Shown here: positions 51,489 through 63,519 of the stretch, piece by piece | Layout of the letters: each line of letters starts with the position of its first letter | Numbering within the stretch: position 1 is the first letter of the stretch | Assembly (NCBI RefSeq): GCF_000143415.4 | Contig: NW_003314328.1 | Coordinates: 709,889 to 773,888, forward strand | Direction of reading: 5' to 3' | Source: Selaginella moellendorffii | Lineage: Eukaryota; Plantae; Lycopodiophyta | Length of the DNA stretch: 64,000 nt | Made by a program: the position numbers and the translations under genes | Notes under the pieces: generated by a model | What the model saw: the letters and a program-made list of their open reading frames with translations, nothing else | Database searches by the model: none | Told to the model about the DNA's origin: nothing

Positions 51489-52002
51489 TGTAAGCGACTA
51501 ATTTTTCCATTCTACTTTAGTCGCTTAACCACACCTCCGACCACTTGGAGGAGTCTCATTAAGCTCTATTTCGTTAAAGTGGGAATTGTCATTATCCCAC
51601 TTGTAAAATAAGGTTTCCAAACCTTTATATAGTATATAAATATAACAAAATTCAACTGCATTGAGGCACATGCCATTTTATTTTAAACAAGGAAATGTCT
51701 ACTCAATCACTTCTCCTTCCCCTGCCACTGCTTCACCTCTCTCTTCTCCTTGTCATCGTCGTCCAATTTCTTTCCATCCTTTTAATATTGGCTCAGTTGC
51801 TCCGAGTCTAGGTGGAGCCCAAGTCCCCATTCAATCTTTACTTTCCCCTTATTAATAAAACAACTTCGTAGACTTCCAATAACATGCTGTAACACTTCTA
51901 GTATAATGCAAATCCTCTCAAAGAATTGTCTTTTAATATTAATACAATGGCATGGAACCCCATGCCATAATAAGTTACATTTTTAAATAAATACATGCCA
52001 TC

Positions 52003-55000
52003 TCAGACTGTTATTTTTTGCCTCCAACGCCTATACAATAATCTTGGAATTTCATCACTCTCCACACTATCAGGATTTAAACCCAATAGTAATGCCATCT
52101 CTTCTCTAATACGTCCACGCTCATGTTCAGTGGTCGAAGAACCCATCCGGTTGAGCAGATTATGGAGATGCGGATAGTGCTTGGCTAGACAATATACATG
52201 CCATAAATGATGATTGGTGTCTGTCCGATCAAATGGCTTCTGATATACCGTTCCATCTGCCATTTGGTTGATTTCTGCAGCCACCTCCTGGACTGGCCGG
52301 TTCTCTATCACCATCGCTTCAAGCCGTTTTGCAAGGTCCCCCATAACATACGGTTTCTTCTCCCTAGTTTCCATACTGCAAGAGATGGGGTGCACTGCAT
52401 ATGTGTGCGTGTTCGCTGCAGTTTTAATCGGCGAGTCATCGATGATGAGGATTTCACTTGACCTAGCAGTCCGGTTCATCACTACAGCCTCTGCCTTGAC
52501 GAAGATGGGCTTGCTACCCCTCACATGGACCATAGTCAAGCAATCCTCCTGCGTTAGGAGAAAGTCAAATGGTAATATTACTCGCGTCTGATCGTGCATC
52601 ATCTGTAGCAACGTTAATGCATTGTGGCGCATCATGGATGTCCAAACTCCCAATTGCAAATTGAACCCGGCCCTCTGTTTTAAGTGTCGCATGGTCATTA
52701 TTAGATCCCGCAGTTTGTCCCGTGTGATTAATGTGAATCTGTCTCTTTTGACCAACTTGCGACCGCAGGCTTTGGAGGGTGCAGTGACATTCGAGGACGA
52801 GCCACGCTCATGGGAGAAAAGGACACCGTTCAGATCAAAAACGATATAGTACTTTCGCCGTGACTCTGAAATGAAATGCGTCAGCATAAAAAATGGTACA
52901 AGTCAATTTTACCATCTACAATATTAGCGAATGGTGCTCCCGATGGTCGTTCAGAGGGTTTTGGTCGAGGAAACGTGAAGGGCGGAAATACTCTCCTCTG
53001 CAATGTGGGGTCAATCGCATCCGATGGCGTGTGGGCACATGCCATTTCAGCTGTAGACTCTGGTACAACTGGCTCAACAGTGGCATGGGATGGTTTCGAT
53101 GGCGTGTGATCACACGCCATTTCAGCTGGTGCCTCCGTTGGCAAAGTGGACATGACCGAACAGGCAGCAGGGGCGGTGTAGGGAGGTTCCAATGGCGCGT
53201 AGTCAGACGATTGGGCACACGTTGGAAATGAGGATACGACCGGCTCGGCGGCTGGGGCGGCCTCATGCGGGTCCAATGGCGCCTGGTCACCGTCAGTTGG
53301 ATACGTGGACAAGATTGACTCAGTGGTATGGGCAGCATCAAGTGGAGCGTGGTCAGCTTGCTTGGCGTTGATATGGATAGTAGCCTCCACCAGCTCTGAT
53401 GACTCTTGCAGGCAAGTAGAGTCCACTGGCGGATCCATATGTATGTCCAAATATCTCCCTTCGATTGAGATGGTATCCTCCCGTGCTACTAAAAACAAAC
53501 TCATTAGCACATTGAATCGACTATACTGTATTTACCATCAACTGCTATTGAGGAACTAGGACCGATATCACTTGGGCGCACTGCTGATTCTGAAGGATTG
53601 GACATACGTTTCGACCCTTGCTTGGCACTATCCTTCCTCGACACTAAAGGCTAGAGTTTGTATCTTAATTCAACTGAATAATCTCTACTTACCATTTCTT
53701 CTGCGACCTACATGGACAATGTTAGAAATGGTAAAAGGTTAGGAATGGATGTACTATTATTTACCTGATGGTTTGTCTTGTATGACCTTCCTCCGCTGCT
53801 CTTTGGCCACCTCAGGCTGGCCATCGTCGTCATCATCGTCATCGTCGTTATTGTGATCGTCACCATTGTGAGGACCATCCAAGTCCTCTTCGTCCTCCTC
53901 TTCTTCATCCTCCTCTTCTTCGTCCTCCTCTTCTTTGTCCTCCTCTTCGTCCTTCTGCTCTTCCTGCTCATTATCTTTCTCTTGCTCCTCATCCCCCTCT
54001 TGCATTTCTTCCATAGGCTGCTCAGGCTGGATTGCTTGTTTTTCCAGGACCATCTTGGAAAAATAATCTGGCCGAGTCTCCATCTCAAAATACATCCATA
54101 GCCTGTTTTAGTGCGTGACCTAGGACCGTATCCTCACCCGACTGTCTTAACATGGTTTCTGCATGTTCTTGCACCCTTCGAAGACAACGAGATGAGAAAA
54201 ACGTGGCCCTGACTTGAAAAGCATCCCTCATCCATTGTACCTCTCCATTGAGATTGGGGAAGGGGAGTCCGCCATAGGAATCTGAGTCAGAAGGTGGTGA
54301 CTGGCTCCTTTCACTCAGCCCTTGATCTGCAATGAATGGCATGAGCACACACGCCATAACCGCGAGGCATTACATATCATCTTTTCGTTGCCCTTCTTCC
54401 TTTTCGAATCAAACGCCTCTGATCCCGACGACTGTCCAACGTGCTTTCGCTTTTTATGACCACTGTCAGTTTGAGCTTGGCTAGTGCTTGCCTGTTTTGC
54501 CTTTGAAGAAGTGTCTCCTGCAAGGAATGGCATGAGACCACACGCCATTGCAAATATAATTTGTACCTCCTTTTTTCCTATTGCTTGTCTGTTTGTCCTT
54601 CTTCGACGCGCCACCAGTGCGCTTTTCAGTCCTCGTGTCTGAATATTCACAACGATCTATAATCAAAATGGCGTGAGGCCTCACGTGACCTTACCTTGTG
54701 CAGGTTGTGAGCTCGGCCCAACATGGGTATCTTCAATAGTAGCTGTTAACGCCATTTCAGCATCTGGGGGTGGCCACGCTCCTGCATACAGAGCTTGTGA
54801 GATAACATTTAAACTTAAAGTGCGTACTCACCAGGTTCGTAGAGAAGATACTGTTTTTCTTTGGCAACTGTAATTATATGCTCCATTGAAGTCACCTCTT
54901 CAATGGAGTTTGTCACCGCAACACACGGGACACCCTTGAGTAGTGCGGCTCGAAAGAATAGTCCGCCGCAGTTGTACTCGACAACGCATTTGCCCTTGGA

Positions 55001-57394
55001 GTCACCCGCTATTGCGTTGAAGACCCAGCTGAGCATTTCCCATGCTGCACCTGGAGCTTTCTTTGGATTCGAAAGCTCCATAGCCGTCTTCAGTTCCTCA
55101 GGCACGGGTAAATTGACCTCCCTCAGATCAATTCGATCGGCTTTGTTGAACGAAGCTGGGAAGTTACTCCAGTCCCACTCTGCTGCAGGACCAATAACAA
55201 GGGCGACTGTGAAGATGCGGACATTCGTCGGTATCTTCTTCTTAGCCATTATCCCATGGATCTCCCGCATCTCCTTGCCTTTCAACCGAGCCTTCACCTC
55301 GTTCAAGGCCTTCCAGAACTTGTGATAGGATTCGGAGTCGTAGATCATATAGTGGACTGAAGATTCCACCTCCGCAAGTCCCACCATTAAGTCAATGATG
55401 GAGCTAACTTCGTCTGCATGAGTGATCTCCTCGTTTGTGAAGTCCATCACACAAAAGATGTTCTTGACCTGCTCATCTCCGCGGGAAACGATGCTCCTCC
55501 ACCTTTGATCCTCATCCGAATTCACGTATACCCGGTAAGGTTCTCGATAGGCCTCTGCTGCGGGGTCGAGCTGTTTCTGAAGCCGGCGGTCGACATCCCT
55601 CTTAATGAAATTTGGATACTGATCCAACTTCTCAGCTTTACTTTTCGTGGCATCCCGCAGCAGATCGATGAACTTGGGGGCCCCCTTCATGTACTCGTCG
55701 ATGTCTTCATTTGACAAGTCCAGCTCTTCCATCATCTCTTGCGTGGTGTCGATGCTCACCCTCGCCACGGCCACTTGCTCGAAGATCCAATCCTTCAATA
55801 GCGCACGAGCTCTCAGAGTCGTGCACAAGTCCTCGTATGTCACAATATGGTCGGGAGTCATTTTGGTCTTGTTGAAGACTACCTCACCACGTAGAAGAGC
55901 ATTAGCCACTGTCAGAAGGTCGTCGTCGTCTAGAGACCGCGAGAAACGCAAAGCGTTGAGCTTCAAATCATTGGGCTTCCGGCCGTCCTCCACACCTATT
56001 GAGTTTAGCAACTCCCCGTCATGGTACCTCCTTAGCACATCTACCCATTTGTCAAAAACAACTTTTGTCGCGAGTAGAATGTTATGGATGCTGAGTGTGT
56101 CATTGACCCCCAGTGTTTTCGAGAGAAGACTCGAGAATTCCTGCAATGGAAATGGCGTGAGGCCACATGCTATGCCACATGCAACGAGGCTTACCTGCCA
56201 GGCGCTAGTTGCTAGTGCACATCCTTGTCCTGGTTTTTGTGGCTTCTTAAGTTGAACCCAGAGCTTCCGTGTTCGTGCTAATGTCTCGTGCAGACCCGAT
56301 TTGTAGCACGTTTCTTGCTTGACATTCTGCGCGTGGGAGATGTATATGATAGATCGGAGGGGCGAGTTGCCTTTTATCAGGCGGACAACTCTTGTCTTGA
56401 AGACTTTCTTCACCTCCTCACCCACCATAATATCCACAACTATCTGTTGCATCGCCAAGCTAGAATGCTGCCCGGAGACGGCATAGAACCGGATGTTCTG
56501 ATCGTCCAACACCTTCCTATTGATCAAGTCTGGAAACCTCGTCTCGCCCTTCATTGTTCGGTAGTAGGGGATCACGTCTGCGATGTCGGGTGTTACTGGA
56601 CTTGCCAGCATCTTCTGCTTCAGTTTCTCCACCCACTCATCAGATACTAGCCTGTGGTTGTATTTGCTTTGGATCTCGATACGGCTCACGTCGATTGTAT
56701 ATACTTTGTTGGAATAGTAACAAGTACTATTATCTGCGATGATTTTTGCTGCCTCTTCTTGCTCTTTCTGCTCTTTGCGGCTCTTCTTTTTGGTGGGTGT
56801 AGTGTTCGAACCCGAGGCAATGGCATCACCGAGTAGCTTCTTTTTTGGAGCAGCAGAGTCGGACGTCGGCTTGAGCTTGACCACCCTTTTCTGCTTCGGG
56901 GTAGTTTCCAGATCGACCCCCTTCCCCTTCGCTTCGCAAACTGGAGGCACTCTCAACGGCTCAATGTTGGAATATAGTTTTTGAACATCGCCGTAGGTGA
57001 GGTCCGTGGATTCCATGTGATCTTCATAGACCCGCAGCGTCTTTGAAATTGTGGGCCTCCTGGACAACCTCTCCCTAGCTCCCTCTAGGAATTCCTCATA
57101 GCCGCTGCCCCCCTCCGGGAAGCCGCTAGGATGTGCAAGGTGGATCTTGAAGGCGGACGCTGTCTCTACCACAAGTGCCAGTCCATATTCTTGCATGGAA
57201 CTGCATGGAGTGTCTGTCACTTGGATGAGGATCCCCATGCATTCTTTTCTCCCACCATCTGTGTTGTACAGCATCAGATCCTCGCCTTCCATCCCGAAAG
57301 TCCAACTGGTGAGCTCCTTCCCCTTCTCTGCATCCACATTGACAGTGGCTGGAAGAAGAACGCAATTCCTCGCCTGTTCAGAAATGCACAACAA
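52003..57394 (-). CDS. Transposon accessory protein, single multi-exon gene: ParB/Srx-like domain, degenerate DNA-methyltransferase-like domain, acidic tract, NIF/FCP1-like HAD phosphatase (5' end uncertain)
   Basis: Manual GT-AG splicing links ORFs 57394-54815, 54650-54085, 54095-53757, 53510-52881 and 52887-52003 in frame. Motifs: RLVSDEWVEKLKQKM...FYAVSGQHSSLA; KKAP..EMLSWVF...CVVEYNCGG.FFRAALLKGVPCVAV; IVFDLNGVL, GVWTS, ILIIDDSPIK. Confidence 0.7.
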
Positions 57395-57829
57395 TTAGAG
57401 CTGACAGATGAAAAGCTAGCAGCTGGAAATAACGTGAGGCCACACGCCATTCACCACTGCATCAGATGTCTTGAGGCTGCATCCTAAGATGGCGTGAGGC
57501 TACACGCCATCTGTAACCGGACTGCACTCGAGAGCCCAATCGGTGCATGCCAATGTTGCTACTGAATGGCATGTGGCCTCATGCCATTTTCTACTTCGTC
57601 TAAAAGACTTACCATTTGAAGCCGAATGGAGGCCGTGACAATCGAGGCCAGACTCGCTGGCGAATGTGCACTGTGTGTGCAGCGGATCGTAGCAGCAAGG
57701 CTACTCTGCCACTTACAGTTGGAGAGTGGCGCTGAAATCTCTCGGGACGCCAAGTGGGCTGCGTGTGGGTGGCGGAGTGGGCGGCGGAGTTGGCGGCGAA
57801 GTTACAAACTGGGTGTGTCTTGAAGTGGA

Positions 57830-58185
57830 CGCTGATGCACACGAGCGCGATGCGAGCGCGAGTGTGATGCAAGCGCGAGTGGATGCCGAGCACACGAGAA
57901 ACCTGTAGAGAAGTGAGCGTGATCGCGAGTGGGAGCGCGATGCGAGCGGGAGCGCGAGTGTGATGCGAGCGCGAGCGCGAGTACAAAGCAAAATGCAAAA
58001 CCTAACCTCACACGCGCGAAATCTCACAACGGTTGGTAATCCCGCCACGTCATCATTCCTCGGACTTGGGCGCCACCATTAATTTCTGGATTGCCGCGCG
58101 CATGCAAGCACGCAAAATCCAAAAGAAATCCGCAACGTCATCATTCCTCGGACTGCATGCACGCGAAATCCAAAAGAAAGATCAT
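57830..58185. promoter_or_regulatory. CpG-rich divergent promoter region with short direct repeats
   Basis: GCGAGCGCGAGTGTGATGC-like repeats; CGTCATCATTCCTCGGACT x2 (~58048, ~58136); AAATCCAAAAGAAA x2; lies between the two divergent transposon genes. Confidence 0.5.
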
Positions 58186-58605
58186 GATTGGGATATCATT
58201 TAATACCCTCGCTATATTTATACCATGCATGATTGGATATTCCAAAGCATCTTGTATTTCCAAAAATGGCAGATGTTTAGCTAAATAAAGAAATTCTATC
58301 TGTTTCTATTTTTCTCTCAAATCAATATTATAGCGTGTGGGCTCATGCAATTTTGAACCAAAGAAACCCAAAAAACGTTGGACCCAAAATATTTTGAAAA
58401 AACCCAAAAAACCCTAAACATTTTAAACCCAAAAATCCAGGCGTCCTGTGGCGTTATTCCTTCAATGGCGTGTGGGCGCATGCCATTTTCAGGGCCAAAT
58501 GCTGAATGGAGAAAAATTCCCTTTCAGTGCAAATGCTGCAAGAGGCAGATGTCGAGTACAAAGGACTGTAACTACCTCACATGACACAGATAAACTTTTC
58601 TCTAT

Positions 58606-61126
58606 TTGGCAAAGATAGGCAAAGATAGACCGAAAAGGCAGAAAATGGCGATGGAGGTTCGAATGGTCTCGACAGTTGCTTGTTGCAAGAGGAGGTGCTG
58701 TCAACATGCTGATTGGGATGCTATTGAAGAGGAGAGAGCAAGATACAAGACATTGTCCTGGAAGGCAACTCACAATTTTGTGTATGAGGCATTACGGTCA
58801 TCTGTTGATGCTTCAGAACATCAGGTGGGGGGCATGGTCTTCCAGAGGGGTTTGGTCTGCATGAAGGCATGGAGAATCATTTATAGAGTCCCTCGAACCA
58901 CATTCTACAGAATCAAAACTGAGTTCGAGGAACAAAGGGTTCAACAGGTAGTCCATGGGAACGACGGTACGCACAAAACCAGGGGTCATGTTGTATATGG
59001 AGAGGCAATCTTCAAGAGGTTTGTCGAGACATGTAGCGAGCAGCAACCACATAAAACCCGCCTCTTGGAAGATGGAACACGAGACACCCAACGAGTTCTC
59101 CCTTCCATGTATACCAAGGGGGCCATATTGGAAGATGTGAATCGGGAACTCCAGAGTAATGGCTACAGGAAGCTGAGCCAATCTAGATTTAGTAGATTGT
59201 GGAGCAACAGGTTCAGGGATGTGAGTATAGGAAAGTACTCCAGCTTTTCAAAGTGTGATGAGTGCACTGCTATCAAAATGGCTTTGTCGAAGAATTCTTG
59301 CAACGCTCAAGAGCGAGAGACGTTGGTTAGAAGGTGGCTCGACCACAACATCGAGCAGAGAAGCTGCAGGACTGCATATTATCATAACAGGATTCTCTCC
59401 ATGGAGAGACCTGACTCTTACCTCTGCATCATCCACGACAAAATGGACCAGAAAAAGACGTGCTTACCTCGACTCAATCCTGCCCCCAAGGCAATCTCTT
59501 CATCCATGCAGCTGCCTGTGTCTCTGTTTGGCATAATCGCTCATGGGCATGGTGCCCAGAACTATGGGAACTTCTTTGTACCTATATGGGGTGGCGGGGG
59601 TGCAAACATGATGATTGCGTCCCTAGCAAAACACTTAAGGTCTCTGCAAAGTGCGCAGACTGAGCTGAACGGCCAACCCTTGCATAAGGCCCTTGTCGAT
59701 CGAACCCCATACAGGGTTCAGTTGGAGGAGGAGCAAAGGCTTGCAGTATCGTGTGAATATGTTGGCCGTCAGATTGTAGGGTTATCACGTGAGGCCTCAT
59801 GCCATTCCGACGAGGCTGGTCGCCCGGTGAATGCACAGCCTCATCCAAACGAAGCAGAATCTCAAGGAAGTTCTTGCGGCCGATGTGGCCTTCCACCCCA
59901 TCTTCTGCTCCAAACAGACAATATTGGCAGTGAGAACAAAAACATGTACGTCTTCGCGTACTTGGCGATGCTTGTTGCCAAAGGCATATTTGAAACGGTT
60001 ACACTTGGCTTTCTCATGGTTGGGCACACTCATGAAGACGTCGATGCCATGTTCAGTCACCTGGCAGAGTCCCTCCGGCGATCCAATGTCCTCACCCTCC
60101 CACAACTCTACGATGAATTCCAAAATTGCATCAAAGGCACTGTTGAAGCTGCACTTCTGACAGAGGTTCCAGACTTTAAGGGGTTTGTAAGAGGCTACAT
60201 CAGGGACGGATCTGAAACGCTGATTGGCCACTCCAAGCCTCTTCAGTTTCATTTCAGCATGTGTGACGGTGCTCCAGTGATGAGGCACAAGATGAGAGAA
60301 TGGGACACAGTGTGGCTGCCAGTGGACGGCATTGAACTCTTCAAGAGAGATCCCATAACTGGGGAACCTATGATTCCTCAGGGTTCCCCACGGCCGATGC
60401 ACCCGGATGGACTCAAAGACCAGGAAAGTATAGTGGCCGGGATTAGACAGCATATTGCCTTCTGGAAGAGGGGGTTGGTGTTTGGTGGAGAATCCTATTT
60501 TCAGAGGTGCAAGCCTTTGCTCGAATACTGGGAGAAGATTATATCTGCTATCCAAAATGGGCCGGTTGTATATGAAGAATTGGAAGAGTCCTTTTGGCCA
60601 GAACCCAAAGCACCAGATAGTAGCGGAACAATGTCCTCTGGAAATGCAGTGACAGATAACGATGTTGAGGATCACTATTGTGGGCCGAGGAACAAGAAGC
60701 CGGATTCAGCATTCAATCCAGTACAGGTCTGCAAAGGAATGGTCGTGCTTGTCAGACCCAGTAATAAAAAACAAATGATATGGGTGGGGCGCTGCATCAC
60801 TGATGCAGAGGAGGACGCGGAAACTAACTCCTTCAATGTAACTGTGGAGTGGTTCAAGCCAAGTTCCGGATATACGAAGGATTGCCTAGAAAAGAGATGG
60901 GTGCTGAATCCAAGGGATCCCAGCATGAGCATATCGGTGGATAATGTTGTGCATGGTTGGATGTGGAAGCAGAGTGCCACCATCACCTTGCCAGACCATG
61001 CAAGAGATGCAGCAAGAGCATTCATAACCCGGGTTCAAGGTGAGATTCATTAATATTCCTTTACTAAGTTTCTAATGTATTTTATTTCAAGGTGAACAAT
61101 CCGAATCTGAATCAGAGGAGGCGTGA
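58606..61126 (+). CDS. DDD-type transposase (DUF7869/Sola-related) with Cys-rich N-terminus and C-terminal beta-barrel-like domain
   Basis: 815-aa intact ORF; CCKRRCC, VCMKAW, KCDECT, HDKMDQKKT, QTDNIGSENKN, FLMVGHTHEDVDAMFS. Probable short last exon 61092-61126. Confidence 0.85.
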
Positions 61127-63519
61127 TGGCATGTGGCCTTACGCCATTCCTAGGTGAGATGATACAAATAACAAGTATAAATTCTTAGTTGTTCTAGCAA
61201 ATCTTACTTAAAGTTCAAGGTGAACAAGCCGAATATGAATTCATCGGATTGTTATAACAAATTGCGAGGTGATGGCATGAGGCGATACGCCATTTGAGAG
61301 TGGTAGCCATTCCTATATGAGGTGAGTGAAGTATTTATTAGAAATACCTCATTCAATTGTGCACTTCTAAGTCTTGGTCCACTTAGTACTGTTTGCATGT
61401 TTTTATTTTAATTCTTTCTCTAAAATGTTATTTAGCATGTGGCTTCATGCCATTGCTCTCCACAATCATGCATTGAATTTCTATCCTTGCATAATACTTC
61501 TCCATATATATAGCATGTGCGCACATGTGATATGGTTCATTAGGCCTGATATAGTGTGTGAGGTAAAACAAAGATGATGTGACATATGCATTTACCAATC
61601 ACACGTGCATAAATCTAATAATATGGCGTGTGGCCCATATTAATGGCACATAAACCCATATTGTGGGCTTACGTGCTTTATGTACCATCATTCCCTTGCA
61701 GCGTGTGTGTTGGTTTCCTTTTATAACACAACGAACTCCATATTTTAGGGTGAAGAGCATTCTCATGGCAAGCACAAAATCTGTAAGTGAGGCAGAAAAG
61801 GAGACGGAGAAGGAGATAGGTGAAGATGTAGAATATATAAGTCTTCCAAACTCCCCATACTATACTCCAGGTGATCATTTTTCTGAACAAACGGCAACAT
61901 TAACAACTATCGAGAACGCCCCAGTAACGTCAGAGACAACAATCCAAAGCAAAACAACTGACCCGGAGAAGGATGATAGTACCGCTGAGAGTACCAAAAA
62001 GGAGGTGTCCACTAGCGCTTAGGCTTATAATGGCGTGTGCCCTCATGCCATTTATTTGATCACCAAATACCTTTTTCCCTTTGCACTAGTATATCTTAAT
62101 ACCGGTCTGAGAAATAGAATGGCATGTGCCCTCAGGCCTTTTACTAAATCACCTTTGAAAGAAATGCAAGCCTCTATGTCGTAAAAAAAAGGTACTAGAG
62201 AAATTCCTTAATAATATGAATGTTATTTAGTTTCATGAAAATACACTAAGGGTCAAATGAGTTAAATGACTTCTCCAGACTAGCAATGCCTCTTGCTACA
62301 CCTTCACAATTAGATTCGTTAGAAAAAGATAACATTGAATAATATCTAAATGTTCTCACCATTAAGTTATATGTCTGGCTAATAGGAATGATGTTCATCT
62401 TGGAAAGCTCACCACACGCTCAATGAACAAACAAATAGTGTGTGCGCGCATGCCATCGCTCTTCTTTAGTTTCAGATTCGGCTTGTTCACCTTGACAATG
62501 AGATTTATTATACAACTAGATGGACTCAGTCTGGACATAAGGTCACCGCGCTAGTCACCATGCCCCAGATATGTCTAGCCCCTGGATAAAAAACATATAA
62601 TTTCACGTCATTTTCAAATACTTGAAAATTTGTACCTAGTCTCATTTTACTGAATAAATCCCACTTTAACGAAATAGAGCATCATTCACAACCTCCATAA
62701 GTCCCATTCAGGACTTGGGACTTGCTAGTCCCAAGAATGGCATCCATGCCACTCAACCCTTGCATCTGGTCTAAGTGCTCCACGTGTTCGGTCTCAAGAC
62801 CGACACCCAAAGGTGCCACTGATATATCGGCCTGTTATGCTAAGGCCATGCCCATTCACCTTTGCTGCACTAGTGGTCCAATACCACTTGCATCACAATC
62901 CCGTCTCTCCAAGATTGGGCCATCCGTCCACGAGTGGTCATCCTATATCCACTCCTTAGCATCCTTAAGATGCCCACAGACATGGGGAATAGCCTTCCCT
63001 AATATCCCTTTGTCAGTTCCTACCAAGTCCCTTTTCTATCTATGGCCATGTTTGCCAACACTACCACTAGATCAAGGCCCACCGGCCCGACCACTAAGTC
63101 CCATGGTCTTCTGGGACTTCCTCACCATGTGACTGTATCCTTAGTAACTACACTAGAGGACTGTTCCTCCTCCTTTCCCCATTTGGGACTCCGGGACAAC
63201 ATTTTGGAACACCGTGGGCCTACGCGAGCCCCGTGGGTACTCTCCCCACCTTTCGCCTTTAGGTGCTCTAGCCATGGGCTTAGAGCGAGGTTCCGTTGAG
63301 CCACGCCTGGTATCCAAGTAGGTAGTGCCACCCACACTTGGACTGGGAGCATCGGCCAGTCGATCTCCCGGGGGAACTAGAGCCGGCTCTTGAACACTTC
63401 ACCAAGCTACCCTGCTTGTCGGTCCGTGTTCACTCTAGTCTTGGACTTCCCAGTGGGCAGCTCATCACCCAACACTGGGTCCGGCCTTCTTGGGCCAAAC
63501 TGGCCTTTCCTGGCCAAAC

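Larger units (their letters stand above)
51947..62456. repeat. ~21 dispersed copies of the 22-bp palindrome ATGGCRTGWG-NN-CWCAYGCCAT
   Basis: Starts at 51947, 53024, 53099, 54336, 54527, 54668, 56152, 57429, 57489, 57566, 58330, 58465, 59784, 61126, 61272, 61432, 61510, 61623, 62030, 62119, 62435. Confidence 0.93.
51561..62682. mobile_element. ~11.1-kb TIR DNA transposon (Sola-like / DUF7869-type DDD transposase) with a large accessory gene
   Basis: Perfect 22-bp TIR core GCTCTATTTCGTTAAAGTGGGA at 51563-51584 and inverted at 62659-62680. Candidate 4-bp TSD CATT (51557-51560 / 62683-62686) if the ends extend 2 bp beyond the TIR core. Confidence 0.88.

Noticed and set aside
51947-62456. Palindrome series as a CRISPR array
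   Set aside because: Spacing is irregular (60 bp to >1.4 kb), the context is eukaryotic and there are no cas genes.
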